A DNA stretch of 64,000 nucleotides from Acidimicrobiales bacterium (GTDB taxonomy: Bacteria > Actinomycetota > Acidimicrobiia > Acidimicrobiales > Bog-793), in assembly GCA_050015475.1 (NCBI GenBank), contig JBEKBI010000004.1, positions 34,198-98,197 on the forward strand, read 5' to 3'. The position numbers and the translations under genes were made by a program. The notes below the pieces were generated by a model. It ran no database searches and was not told the DNA's origin. It worked only from the letters and a program-made list of their open reading frames with translations. Shown here piece by piece: positions 27,624-36,086 of this stretch (within the stretch, counting starts at the first letter, position 1; the number at the start of each line of letters is the position of its first letter).

Positions 27624-29747
27624 TCAAAGGACCGACCAAGCGTAGGGGTAGGCGATCTGAGCCGACCAGGACATGGACGAAAGCGCCGTCCCGAAGCTGA
27701 AATTCGCAATTTCGTGGAGCCCCAATTCCCCGGCGGGTGGGGTTGCAGTCAGCTCCATAGTGATTGTGATCGTTACCGGGCTGGCGGCCGTCGGGGCCGT
27801 CATCGTATGTGCGCCGAGCAAGGTCAACAGGTATGTCGAGCTCGGGACCGCGCATGTCCCTGCGGCTGAAGGATAGATGCAGGTATTCGTACTGCCCACA
27901 GTCTGTTGCACGGTGATCTCAGTTGTGCCGCAGATGCCGGAGGCCGAGTCGTTGAGTGGCCAGTAGGACGTTGGGGTCAGTTGGGCCATGTCCAACTCGA
28001 ACGCCGCCGCGTTGCCTGCGCTGTAGAGCGTCGAGATTTGCGACGCGCTCAATTGGGTGGGAACGATGGCCGCCTGGGCGAGCAGGCCAGTGAAGAAGTC
28101 GTCGGTCGGTGGGTCTGTGTAGTTGACGGTGTCGCCCCAACCCAAGTGCCAGTAGCCGGTATAACTGTTCGTCGAGGTGATAGCCGTGTTCACTCCGACT
28201 TCTGCACCGTCCACCCATAGCTGTTCGCCCGCCGCGCCGATCTCAGCGACGACAAAATGCCATTGGCCATTGTTGTAGGTGTTGGCGGATGTCAGCTCCT
28301 GAGCTGCGCCGTTCCACACCTCGTATACGACGTGGCCGCTGTTGTCCACCCAGATCGTCCGGTCCCAGTCGCTCGTGGCTGTGTCGGTCTTGGCGTCGGT
28401 CAGGCCCATGACGCTCCCACCCGACGAGCTGCTGGTCTCGAACCACGCCATCTCGGAAATGCCCGACGGGTTGACGTAGGACTTTGTCGTCTCCACATAG
28501 CCGGTCGAGCCGTTGAGGGAGATGGCGCTTCCACCGAGGGACGTAGGTCCGCCCACCCCGAGAGTCGTTCCAGACTCTGCCGTGCCTGAGTTGGCATTCC
28601 CTGAAGCATCGGCAAGCTTCGTAGACGCCGTGCCCCCTGGGACGGTCCCGTCGTATGGGACAGACCCGGAGTCATTGAACTGCCAGTAGTTGGCGGGACT
28701 CAATGCCTTCACCCCGGCGCTGTAGCTGGAAAGGGTGTTGTCCCCTTCGAGCGTGGTCACCTGGGCAGAGGTGAGCTGAGATGGGATGACTGCCACCTGG
28801 GCGATGGAGCCGTTGAAGTAGTAGCTGGCCGGCGCGTCGGTCCAGGACTTGGAAGCTGACCCCGCATAGCCGAAGCTCCACCATCCGCTGAAGTTCATGG
28901 CTGCGGTCGGTGTGGACGCCGACGCCTGAAGCGATCCATTGACGTACAGCTGCATGCCGGCGCTGCCGATCGAGGCGGCGACGAAGTTCCACGACCCATT
29001 GGCATAAGTGGATGTGCTCGTGACCTCCTTGACGGCGCTGCTGTACACGGCCCATACGAGGTGGCCGGTCGAATCGACCCAGATCATCCGGTCCGAGTCG
29101 GTGTCTGAGGTGGGTGTGGTCTGGTTGTTGCCAAAGCCCACGATGGCCCCCTGGTCCGAAGAGGTCTTGAACCACGCCAGGATCGTGAGCGGGGTGGGGT
29201 CCGTGTACTTCACCGTGGTCTCTGCCCAGCCGGTGGAGCCGTCGGTAGTAATTGCCTGCGAGCCGAGCGGACCTGCCGCCTGATATGTCACACCGTTGAG
29301 AGGCAGCGCCGTGTCCGGAGCCGTCCCGCTCCAATCGGTGGCCGACGACGAGTCCGCAAGTCCGGCCACGCCACACGACGCGGAAGCCAGCTCAGCTGAG
29401 GACCCGTTCGATGTTCCAACTGCCTGAAGTTTGGTCGTCGCCGAGGAAGAAGAAGAGGCCGACAGGGATCCGGTCGGCACCGGGGAGCCGCTCGTGCAGT
29501 TTGAGGAATTTGTGCTCACCGTTCCGCCTGAGCCGGTTCCGGTGGAGTAGCAGTTGTTGGAACTCGCCGTGCCCTCCAGCTGCAACGTGGCCGACGAGAA
29601 CGAGCTGTTGCTCGGGATCACCGTCGCGCTGAATCCTGTTGCGCTGGCTGCAGTCGTGAACACGAGCAAGAGCGCGGTGAGCAGGCCCAGGGAGCCGAGC
29701 CCCCCGAGTGCTGCCCGCCGCGCTGTCGCAAGTGGTACTGAGTGCAT
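27624..29747 (-). CDS. Exported TasA/camelysin-like protein with SipW-cognate-type signal peptide and two inserted LamG (concanavalin A-like lectin) domains
   Basis: The N-terminus ..LLTALLLVFTTAASATGFSATVIPSNSSFSSATLQLEG is paralogous to that of the 233-aa neighbour. Two LamG-like units are present (TILAWFKTSS..MIWVDSTGHLVWAVY..WNFVAASIGSAGMQLYVNG..FNGSIAQVAVIPSQLTSAQV and ISEMAWFETSS..TIWVDNSGHVVYEVW..WHFVVAEIGAAGEQLWVDG..FTGLLAQAAIVPTQLSASQI). The C-terminal module ICGTTEITV..CIYPSAAGTCAVP.. is also paralogous to the neighbour. Confidence 0.7.
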   Translation of the reverse strand: MHSVPLATARRAALGGLGSLGLLTALLLVFTTAASATGFSATVIPSNSSFSSATLQLEGTASSNNCYSTGTGSGGTVSTNSSNCTSGSPVPTGSLSASSSSSATTKLQAVGTSNGSSAELASASCGVAGLADSSSATDWSGTAPDTALPLNGVTYQAAGPLGSQAITTDGSTGWAETTVKYTDPTPLTILAWFKTSSDQGAIVGFGNNQTTPTSDTDSDRMIWVDSTGHLVWAVYSSAVKEVTSTSTYANGSWNFVAASIGSAGMQLYVNGSLQASASTPTAAMNFSGWWSFGYAGSASKSWTDAPASYYFNGSIAQVAVIPSQLTSAQVTTLEGDNTLSSYSAGVKALSPANYWQFNDSGSVPYDGTVPGGTASTKLADASGNANSGTAESGTTLGVGGPTSLGGSAISLNGSTGYVETTKSYVNPSGISEMAWFETSSSSGGSVMGLTDAKTDTATSDWDRTIWVDNSGHVVYEVWNGAAQELTSANTYNNGQWHFVVAEIGAAGEQLWVDGAEVGVNTAITSTNSYTGYWHLGWGDTVNYTDPPTDDFFTGLLAQAAIVPTQLSASQISTLYSAGNAAAFELDMAQLTPTSYWPLNDSASGICGTTEITVQQTVGSTNTCIYPSAAGTCAVPSSTYLLTLLGAHTMTAPTAASPVTITITMELTATPPAGELGLHEIANFSFGTALSSMSWSAQIAYPYAWSVL
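28017..29336 (-). repeat. Tandem duplication encoding the two LamG-like domains (approx. 28743-29336 and 28017-28688)
   Basis: Protein-level repeat seen directly. Each unit begins with a ..W(S/Q)..NG(V/S)TG(W/Y)(A/V)ETT.. segment and ends (I/V)P(S/T)QL(T/S)(S/A)(A/S)Q(V/I)(T/S)TL. Boundaries are approximate. Confidence 0.6.
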
Positions 29748-29828
29748 GGCTCCGTCCTGTAGAGCGTGCTCAGGGCCCGGCAGCGCCGGGCCCTGAAATC
29801 GCGTTCTACCTCAGCGATACCGGGATTG

Positions 29829-30530
29829 CTACTGGCTGATGCTCCAGGTAATCGGTTCGGTAGCGGTCAGGCCCTGGTCTGCATTCGTGGCTGTGCTGTC
29901 GAGCTGGACCGTGACCACGTAGGTGGCGGACGCCCCAGCCGCGAGCGTGCTCAATGGGACGGCGTTGAATGTCGTGCTCGCCATCGAGGCCAAGGTGTAG
30001 GTGTTGCTCAGTGCCGGGCACGTCCCCGTCTGAGTGGGATAGACGCACTTGTCGGTCGCGCCGGTCGTGGTGTTGGCGACGATTATGTCGACCTTGCCGC
30101 AAAAGCCGGAGGTGTCAGAGCCGGTGTAGCCATTGTTGTCAGACGCAGACGCTGCTGAACACGCTCCCGTCACCATGGAGGCGACCGTGGCAGCGTGGTT
30201 GCCGGCATTGGTGAAGGTGAGCGTAGTCGTGAGCGCGGTGCCTGCTGGCACCTGGTCGAGAGTACCGACCAAGGCGTTGATGGTGCAGGTGCTGTTCGAG
30301 TTCGAAGCAGTCACGGAGCCACCACTGCCTGTTCCGGTCGAATAGCAGGTCGTGCCGCCGTTGCTCTCTTCGAGCTGGATTGTGGCGGAACTGAATGTGC
30401 TGGTGCTGTTGGCGATTCCAGCACTGAAACCACCGAGGGTGAATGTCGCTGTGGCCACCAGCGCAGCCACGGCCGCTAGGGAGGCGACTAGTCCTCTGGT
30501 GTTACCGCGAATGCGGCGTATGGCGGACAT
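29829..30530 (-). CDS. Exported TasA/camelysin-like protein with SipW-cognate-type (alternate-type) signal peptide
   Basis: Start set at ATG 30530 (RBS AAAGG 8 nt upstream), giving MSAIRRIRGNTRGLVASLAAVAALVATATFTLGGFSAGIANSTSTFSSATIQLEE... This has the layout of TasA/CalY signal regions. The protein is Ser/Thr/Gly-rich with six Cys. The track start 30677 adds an implausible Arg-rich extension. Confidence 0.65.
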   Translation of the reverse strand: MSAIRRIRGNTRGLVASLAAVAALVATATFTLGGFSAGIANSTSTFSSATIQLEESNGGTTCYSTGTGSGGSVTASNSNSTCTINALVGTLDQVPAGTALTTTLTFTNAGNHAATVASMVTGACSAASASDNNGYTGSDTSGFCGKVDIIVANTTTGATDKCVYPTQTGTCPALSNTYTLASMASTTFNAVPLSTLAAGASATYVVTVQLDSTATNADQGLTATEPITWSISQ

Positions 30531-30563
30531 GAAGTTGCCTTTCGTGTGATGGGCTAGGTGAAT

Positions 30564-30590
30564 GTCTGTATCGGCAGCACGTGTACAGAC
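30564..30590 (-). promoter_or_regulatory. Inverted repeat GTCTGTA-N13-TACAGAC in the leader of the TasA-like/SipW operon (operator or 5'-UTR hairpin candidate)
   Basis: Perfect 7-bp arms at 30564-30570 and 30584-30590, 34-60 nt upstream of the start codon at 30530. They sit in a locally AT-richer intergenic region (30531-30823). Confidence 0.3.
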
Positions 30591-30785
30591 TTGAGCGCGA
30601 ATCCCTCTTTCGCGTCTGCCGAAAGCGCGGGAAATAGCCTGTGAACTGGGCAAAGGAATTGGCTGCGACGCGGACAAGAAGTCACCGAAAATGCCGGCTT
30701 AACGCCTCCAAAAAAGCGCCTACTTCCAAAGCGAAGCCAGGCGGCGAGCGGTCCGGTGGGACCGTCCGAAAGTGACGGGCAGGGT

Positions 30786-30803
30786 TTGAGTCGCGAGACT
30801 CAA
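30786..30803 (-). terminator. Stem-loop downstream of the acetyltransferase gene (weak terminator candidate)
   Basis: TTGAGTC-GCGA-GACTCAA, a perfect 7-bp stem 20 nt after the stop at 30824 on the minus strand. No U-tract follows. Confidence 0.25.
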
Positions 30804-30823
30804 GACCGCCTCGTCAGGTGCCG

Positions 30824-31111
30824 CTACTCGCCTTGCCAGTCGACCTGGATTGTTGCGGCAGCGTCGGGATGCGTGGCCAGCCAGGATCGGGCGAATGAGC
30901 ACTGGGGCAGGACACTGAGGTCGCCGGACTGAGCAGCGTCGATGGAGGCCCGGACCAGCTCGCCGCCGATTCCCATGCCCCGCAGGGCGTCAGGCACGTG
31001 CGTGTGGACCAAGATGAGCTGACGGCCGCGGCGTTTGTAATCGAGGTACGCAAGTCCCGCTTCGGTCTCGGCCTCGAAACGGAGTTCGGCGGCGTTATCG
31101 ACGATCTTCAC
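30824..31111 (-). CDS. Small GNAT-like N-acetyltransferase domain protein (YjdJ-type)
   Basis: From GTG 31111: VKIVDNAAELRFEAETEAGLAYLDYKRRGRQLILVHTHVPDALRGMGIGGELVRASIDAAQSGDLSVLPQCSFARSWLATHPD. This matches the ~95-aa GNAT-like family (..F......A...Y......i...HT.V....rG.G.......). The rest of track ORF 30824..31414 is Arg/Pro-rich and implausible. Confidence 0.65.
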   Translation of the reverse strand: MKIVDNAAELRFEAETEAGLAYLDYKRRGRQLILVHTHVPDALRGMGIGGELVRASIDAAQSGDLSVLPQCSFARSWLATHPDAAATIQVDWQGE

Positions 31112-31567
31112 GACGCCGCACCTTCCGCGAGACGTGGTGCGCAACGATGTGCCCGGCCGCCACGGTTGCAACCGACGGATGTCCCCGGAACCAGGCGGCG
31201 TCGTGTGGCGTTCATCCCCAAGGACTCTAACGTCCGGTCGGGGCATGTTCGTTGCTGACAACTCCGTGTGCTCAGCTCGCCGTTTGCCGCTAACGACGCC
31301 CCGATCCGGAAGACCCATGATTGAGTCCAAGCTGGGTGGGCTCGGGTGGTTCCCCGTTCCAGACCGGCCCCGGGGCGTCTTCCTCGAGGAAAATGCGCTA
31401 TAGCAACCGCACAAGCAGGTCGCGCAGCCGATGACCCCGGGCAGCTGTTCATGGTCCGGGACTGGGCTGGCCAGGCATTCTTACGGTCTCGGCACCCTTG
31501 GGACTTTCCCAGGCGGCCCGGCTAGTCTCGCCGCTGTCGGAGCAGCACTACTTTCTGGAGGTTTCAC

Positions 31568-33031
31568 GTGAACTGGTTCGAATGTGTCCCCAATTTCTCG
31601 GAGGGCCGCGACCAGACCAAGATCGATCGCATCCTTGCCGAGGCGCAGGACAAGCAGGGTGTTGCATTGCTGGACTCTGAGCAGAACGCGGACCACAACC
31701 GGTGCGTGGTCAGCCTCGCCGGCGAGGGTCCGGCGCTCGTTGAGACCGTGTTGCGCATGATGCGTGTCGCGACGAATCTCATCGATCTCACGGGCCACGA
31801 GGGAGAGCATCCGCGGATGGGTGCCACGGACGTGGTTCCCTTCGTGCCGCTCGGCGAGTCCACGACCGAGCAGGCGATCGAGCTGGCCGTGGAGCTGGGA
31901 ACTCGGGTGTGGGACGAGCTGCAGATTCCCGTGTACCTCTATGGACTGGCCGCGCGGGTTCCCGAACGGCAAGACCTCGCGAAAGTGAGGACAGGGCAGT
32001 TCGAAGGCATTCGGGATGCGATCGGGACCGATCCGGCCCGGCGTCCGGACATCGGTGAGGCGCGCGTGCATCCCACTGCAGGCGTCGTGGCGGTTGGCGC
32101 CCGTCCGGTGCTCATCGCGTACAACGCCTACCTGAGCACGCCCGACGTCGCCGTCGCCAAGAAGGTTGCCAAGGCAGTCCGGGGCCGCGACGGGGGACTC
32201 GTCGAAGTCAAGGCTCTGGGCTTCGACATTCGCGAGCGGCAGCGCGCCCAGGTCTCGATGAACCTGACCGACTACCGCCGGACCCCCATTCATCGCGCTG
32301 TCGAGGCGGTGCGGCGGGAGGCGGCGCGCTTTGGCGTCGGGGTGGAGGAAACCGAGATCGTGGGGCTCGTGCCCGAGGACGCTCTGTTCGATGCGGCGGA
32401 GTACTACCTGCAGCTCAACAGCTTCGACCGTGGCACGGTCATGGAGCGGAAGGTGCGCGACACCCAACCGGCAGTGGAATCGCTATCTGACTTCACTGGC
32501 CGGTTGGCGGCGCGCACGCCTACGCCGGGAGGCGGGAGTGCCGCCGCGACCGCGGGAGCGCTCGGGGCGGCCCTCGGAGAGATGGTCGCCGCCTACTCGG
32601 CGAGCGCGGAGGACCCAGCTCCGGAAGCCGCTCGGAGCAGGTTGACCGCCGCTCGAATCCGCTTCTTGGAGTTGGTTGATTTGGACGCTCAGTCGTACGC
32701 GGACACCGTGGTCGCCCGACGAGCGAACAAGGCGCAGCCGGGCCCGGAGACGGAGCAGGCGTGGACCGATGCGATTCGCTATGCCGCGGAGGTGCCGCTC
32801 GAGACCGCGCAGCTCGCGTCCAAGTGTTCGAAGGAGCTCCGCGAGCTGGGTGACAAAGTCCGCCCGGTGATGAAGAGTGACTGGAGCACTGCGCTTGCCA
32901 TGTTGAAGGCGGCGCTGGAAGGCGCGCTGGAGAATGTCGTCATCAATCTCGTCGACCTGCGCGAACGGGGGGCAGATATCGGTGACCTCGACACGGCGGT
33001 CCGCGAGCTGAGCGAGACGCCTCCCGCATAG
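31568..33031 (+). CDS. Bifunctional glutamate formimidoyltransferase / formimidoyltetrahydrofolate cyclodeaminase (FTCD-like fusion)
   Basis: The FT domain begins VNWFECVPNFSEGRD and includes ..HNRCVVSLAG..HPRMGATDVVPFVP..AGVVAVGARPVLIAYNAYL. The C-terminal ~190 aa form a cyclodeaminase domain (LSDFTGRLAARTPTPGGGSAAATAGALGAALGEMVAAYS..). Confidence 0.85.
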   Translation: MNWFECVPNFSEGRDQTKIDRILAEAQDKQGVALLDSEQNADHNRCVVSLAGEGPALVETVLRMMRVATNLIDLTGHEGEHPRMGATDVVPFVPLGESTTEQAIELAVELGTRVWDELQIPVYLYGLAARVPERQDLAKVRTGQFEGIRDAIGTDPARRPDIGEARVHPTAGVVAVGARPVLIAYNAYLSTPDVAVAKKVAKAVRGRDGGLVEVKALGFDIRERQRAQVSMNLTDYRRTPIHRAVEAVRREAARFGVGVEETEIVGLVPEDALFDAAEYYLQLNSFDRGTVMERKVRDTQPAVESLSDFTGRLAARTPTPGGGSAAATAGALGAALGEMVAAYSASAEDPAPEAARSRLTAARIRFLELVDLDAQSYADTVVARRANKAQPGPETEQAWTDAIRYAAEVPLETAQLASKCSKELRELGDKVRPVMKSDWSTALAMLKAALEGALENVVINLVDLRERGADIGDLDTAVRELSETPPA

Positions 33032-33468
33032 CGGGCACGGCAAGACCGGGTCGCACGTATCGTCGAAGCCGCGCTGCGGCGGTGGGGAAACGCGGGTCGA
33101 TTACTCAGCCATCGGGTCCTGGGATCAGTTCTCGGCGTCACACGGATAAGGCGCCACGAAGGTGTCGCCCCTTGCGACACCGGCATGACAGGCGGTGATC
33201 GGAGCTATCGATCTCGAGCTCATCGCGCCCGTCTTGCCGCCTCATGGCCGGCGCTGGTTGCCTCGGCGTGGTTGGCAACGGATCTGCCAGGTCCGATTGC
33301 TCGACACGGGGCGGAGCGGGACGGCACAGCACTACGCCACTCGCACGGGGTCCCCTGGGCCGCCACGTAGGATCTGCGAAGAGGGGCGTCGGGTGGCACT
33401 GGCTTGCGAGCGACCGGGAAAGGTCAAACTGAGCGCAGGGCCGCATTTTCGGGAGCAAAGGTGGGGAC

Positions 33469-34074
33469 GTGGGTAATGATCTGACCGAGGTCGAGGGGCC
33501 AGCCGACACAAGGCCACCCTTGTACAAAGAGATCCTCTACACCGAGTCCGAGGTGGACGCTCGGATCGCGGTGATGGCGGCTGATATCACGACGATGTAC
33601 AGGGGCACCGACACTGTTTTCGTGAGTCTTCTGAATGGGGCGCTGCCATTTGCCGCCAAGCTGATGCAAGCCATACAGAGCCATGACCAGTATTTCCATC
33701 CGAACGTCCAGTGCATGATCGTCAGCCGCTACGGCCCGAACCGCGAGCCGGGGCAACCTCGTATCATCACTGACCTCCCGCCCAACTATCGGGAGCTGAC
33801 CGGCCGTCACATCGTCTTGCTGGACGATCTCGTCGATGGCGGTGGCACGGGCGATTGCGCCGAGCGGCATCTGTACGGCTACGGCGCCCAAGATGTCGAG
33901 CGAATAGTGCTCGTGAAGAAACGGAAGAACCCTCCGATCGAGACGAAGATCGCCATGTTCGGCTTCGAGGTGCCGGACGTGTGGCTCACCGGCATGGGTA
34001 TGGACGACGCGCACACCGGGCCGGAGGCGAACCGTTGGGCGGGATGGATCGCAGTCGCTAGCTCCGGCCGCTGA
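33469..34074 (+). CDS. hpt: Hypoxanthine/guanine phosphoribosyltransferase-like protein
   Basis: ILYTESEVDARIAVMAADI.., VFVSLLNGALPFAAKL, PRPP-binding loop HIVLLDDLVDGGGTG, and FGFEVPDVWLTGMGMD. Confidence 0.8.
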   Translation: MGNDLTEVEGPADTRPPLYKEILYTESEVDARIAVMAADITTMYRGTDTVFVSLLNGALPFAAKLMQAIQSHDQYFHPNVQCMIVSRYGPNREPGQPRIITDLPPNYRELTGRHIVLLDDLVDGGGTGDCAERHLYGYGAQDVERIVLVKKRKNPPIETKIAMFGFEVPDVWLTGMGMDDAHTGPEANRWAGWIAVASSGR

Positions 34075-34340
34075 GAGGCAGGAAGGTCGCGCCTGACGCC
34101 AGGTCCGACGGCCGCGGGCGGTACTTGACCACGGCAGGAAGTGAAGTGGGCAGCCGGGCAACAGTCCATGTCGGGGCGAAGGCGCGACGGCAGGTCTCAG
34201 CAAGCACCGATCCCGAGGGGCACGGCTCGGAGCGCATCGGGCGACCGCGGGACCTGAAACCGCGGAGCTGGCCCGCACCATGGTGCCTGATCGGCTTCGG
34301 CCCCGGATCTGCGTGAGGCCTCAGCCGCCGCCCGACTGGG

Positions 34341-36086
34341 TCAAATGGGTGCGGAGTTAGCGCTGGGACGAGCCTTGGGCCGAGGAGGCTCGAGCATCGG
34401 GTACTCCGGCTCCCAGACACAAGCGTCCACGGCAGCCTCAAGTTCCGCATCGGTTGCGGCGGGGGCCACGTTCCCGGTACGGGCCTCGCGGGCGACCGCG
34501 ATCGCGATCTCCCGTGTAATCGTTCGCAGGTCCGTAAGGCGCGGATAAAGCGCCCCGTTCTCGAGCCGGTCGACTGGAACCAGTCCGGCGAGCGTCGTGG
34601 CGGCGACGAGGAACATGCGGTCGGTCACCTCCCAGGCCTTGCACGCGACGGCGCCGAGGCCCACGCCCGGGAAAATGAAGACGTTGTTCGCCTGGCCGAC
34701 TACATGGGTGCGCCCGTTGAATTCGACTGGGTCGAAGGGACTGCCGGTGGCGACGACGGCCCGGCCCTCGCTCCAGGTGAGCACGTCGGCTGGGGTGGCT
34801 TCGCAGTTCGCGGTGGGGTTGGAGAGTGGGAGCACGATCGGGATCGGGGTTCGTGCAGCCATCTCCCGTACGGCAGTCTCCGTGAAAGCCCCCGGCTTTC
34901 CACTCGTGCCGATCAGGATCGTTGGGGCGACGTGGCGGACCACGGTCTCGAGGTCGTAGTGCTCGCTTGGCTCGAAGCCGAACTCACTGAGCTCCTCCCG
35001 GCTCAAGGCGAAGGGGCGCTTGTCGTCCTGTATCCCGTCGCGACCTTCGAAGAGCAGACCCTGCGAGTCGAGCATCGTAACTGCCCGGCGCGCCTCGGCC
35101 TCGGTTGCGCCTTCCAGGCGGATGATCGCTTGGATGAGCCTGGCGATCCCGATGCCGGCCGCTCCCGCCCCCAACAGGACGCACCGCTGTGCCGCGACCT
35201 TCTCGCCCCGGTGTCTCAGAGCCGCGAGGATGCCGGCGGTAACCACCGCCGCGGTGCCCTGGATGTCGTCGTTGAAGCACGGCGTCCGGTGGCGGTAGTG
35301 GTCCAGCAACCGGATCGCGTTGTGCTGCTTGAAGTCCTCCCACTGCATCAAGGCGTCGGGGTAGACCTCTTTGACGGCCGCGACGAAGGCCTCGACGAAG
35401 AGCTCGTAGGGCTCACCTCTCAAGCGGCGCTTCGGATAGCCCAGGTAGAGCGGATCGTTCAGAAGCTCCTCGTTGTCGGTGCCGCAGTCGAGTGAGACCG
35501 GGAGCGTGAGGCGCGGGTGGAATCCGGCCCCGGCCACGTACAAGGCCAGCTTGCCGATCGGGATCCCCATGCCGCCCGCGCCCTGGTCGCCCAAGCCGAG
35601 GATGCGTTCGTTGTCCGTGACCACGATCAGCTGCACGCCAGGTTGCCCCGCGTTGCGCAGCAGTTCCGGTATCCGGTCTATGTCGTCCGGGGTGATCCAC
35701 ACCCCCCTGGTGCAGCGCAAGACGTGGCTGTACTCCCGGCAGGCTCGCCCGACCGTCGGCGTGTAGATGATTGGGGCCAGCTCCTCGAGGTGGTCGACCA
35801 GCATCCGGTAAAACAGCGTCTCGTTGCGGTTCTGGAGCGCGGCGAGACCGATGTACTGCTCGAGGTCGTCACTCTTCCGGCGCAGGTGCTCGAGCTCGAG
35901 GTCGACCTGTTCTTGCATGGTCATGGAGCGCCACGGCAATAGGCCCCGGAGCCCGAAGGTCGCCCGTTCGTCCTCCGTGAAAGCGGTGTCCTTGTTGATA
36001 GAGGCGTTGTCGAGCAGCTCGCGGTTCCGGCCCGCCACGACTTCGACCCGCCGGCCGCCTTGAGAAGACCGATCCGCGCTCAACAT
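34341..36086 (-). CDS. NAD(P)-dependent malic enzyme
   Basis: NKDTAFTEDER, LFYRMLVDH, IYTPTVG, ILGLGDQGAGGMGIPIGKL, FNDDIQGTAAV, LLGAGAAGIGIA, NNVFIFPGVGLG. Confidence 0.92.
   Translation of the reverse strand: MLSADRSSQGGRRVEVVAGRNRELLDNASINKDTAFTEDERATFGLRGLLPWRSMTMQEQVDLELEHLRRKSDDLEQYIGLAALQNRNETLFYRMLVDHLEELAPIIYTPTVGRACREYSHVLRCTRGVWITPDDIDRIPELLRNAGQPGVQLIVVTDNERILGLGDQGAGGMGIPIGKLALYVAGAGFHPRLTLPVSLDCGTDNEELLNDPLYLGYPKRRLRGEPYELFVEAFVAAVKEVYPDALMQWEDFKQHNAIRLLDHYRHRTPCFNDDIQGTAAVVTAGILAALRHRGEKVAAQRCVLLGAGAAGIGIARLIQAIIRLEGATEAEARRAVTMLDSQGLLFEGRDGIQDDKRPFALSREELSEFGFEPSEHYDLETVVRHVAPTILIGTSGKPGAFTETAVREMAARTPIPIVLPLSNPTANCEATPADVLTWSEGRAVVATGSPFDPVEFNGRTHVVGQANNVFIFPGVGLGAVACKAWEVTDRMFLVAATTLAGLVPVDRLENGALYPRLTDLRTITREIAIAVAREARTGNVAPAATDAELEAAVDACVWEPEYPMLEPPRPKARPSANSAPI

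Noticed and set aside
27551-27709. N-terminal 53 codons of the track ORF for the signal peptidase (MRISASGRRFRPCPGRLRSPTPTLGRSF..).
   Set aside because: The segment is Arg/Pro-rich and overlaps the 3' end of the LamG protein gene by 86 nt. The ATG at 27550 gives a normal short cytoplasmic N-terminus before the TM helix.
33032-33468. 437-bp intergenic region upstream of hpt, checked for a purine riboswitch or a small gene. It includes a perfect hairpin GGTGTCGC-CCCTT-GCGACACC at 33161-33181.
   Set aside because: I saw no similarity to the purine-riboswitch core. The listed ORFs (33138..33527(-), 33185..33370(+) and others) are Arg/Pro-rich. The hairpin lacks a U-tract and lies 130 nt past the ftcD stop, so a terminator call is too weak.
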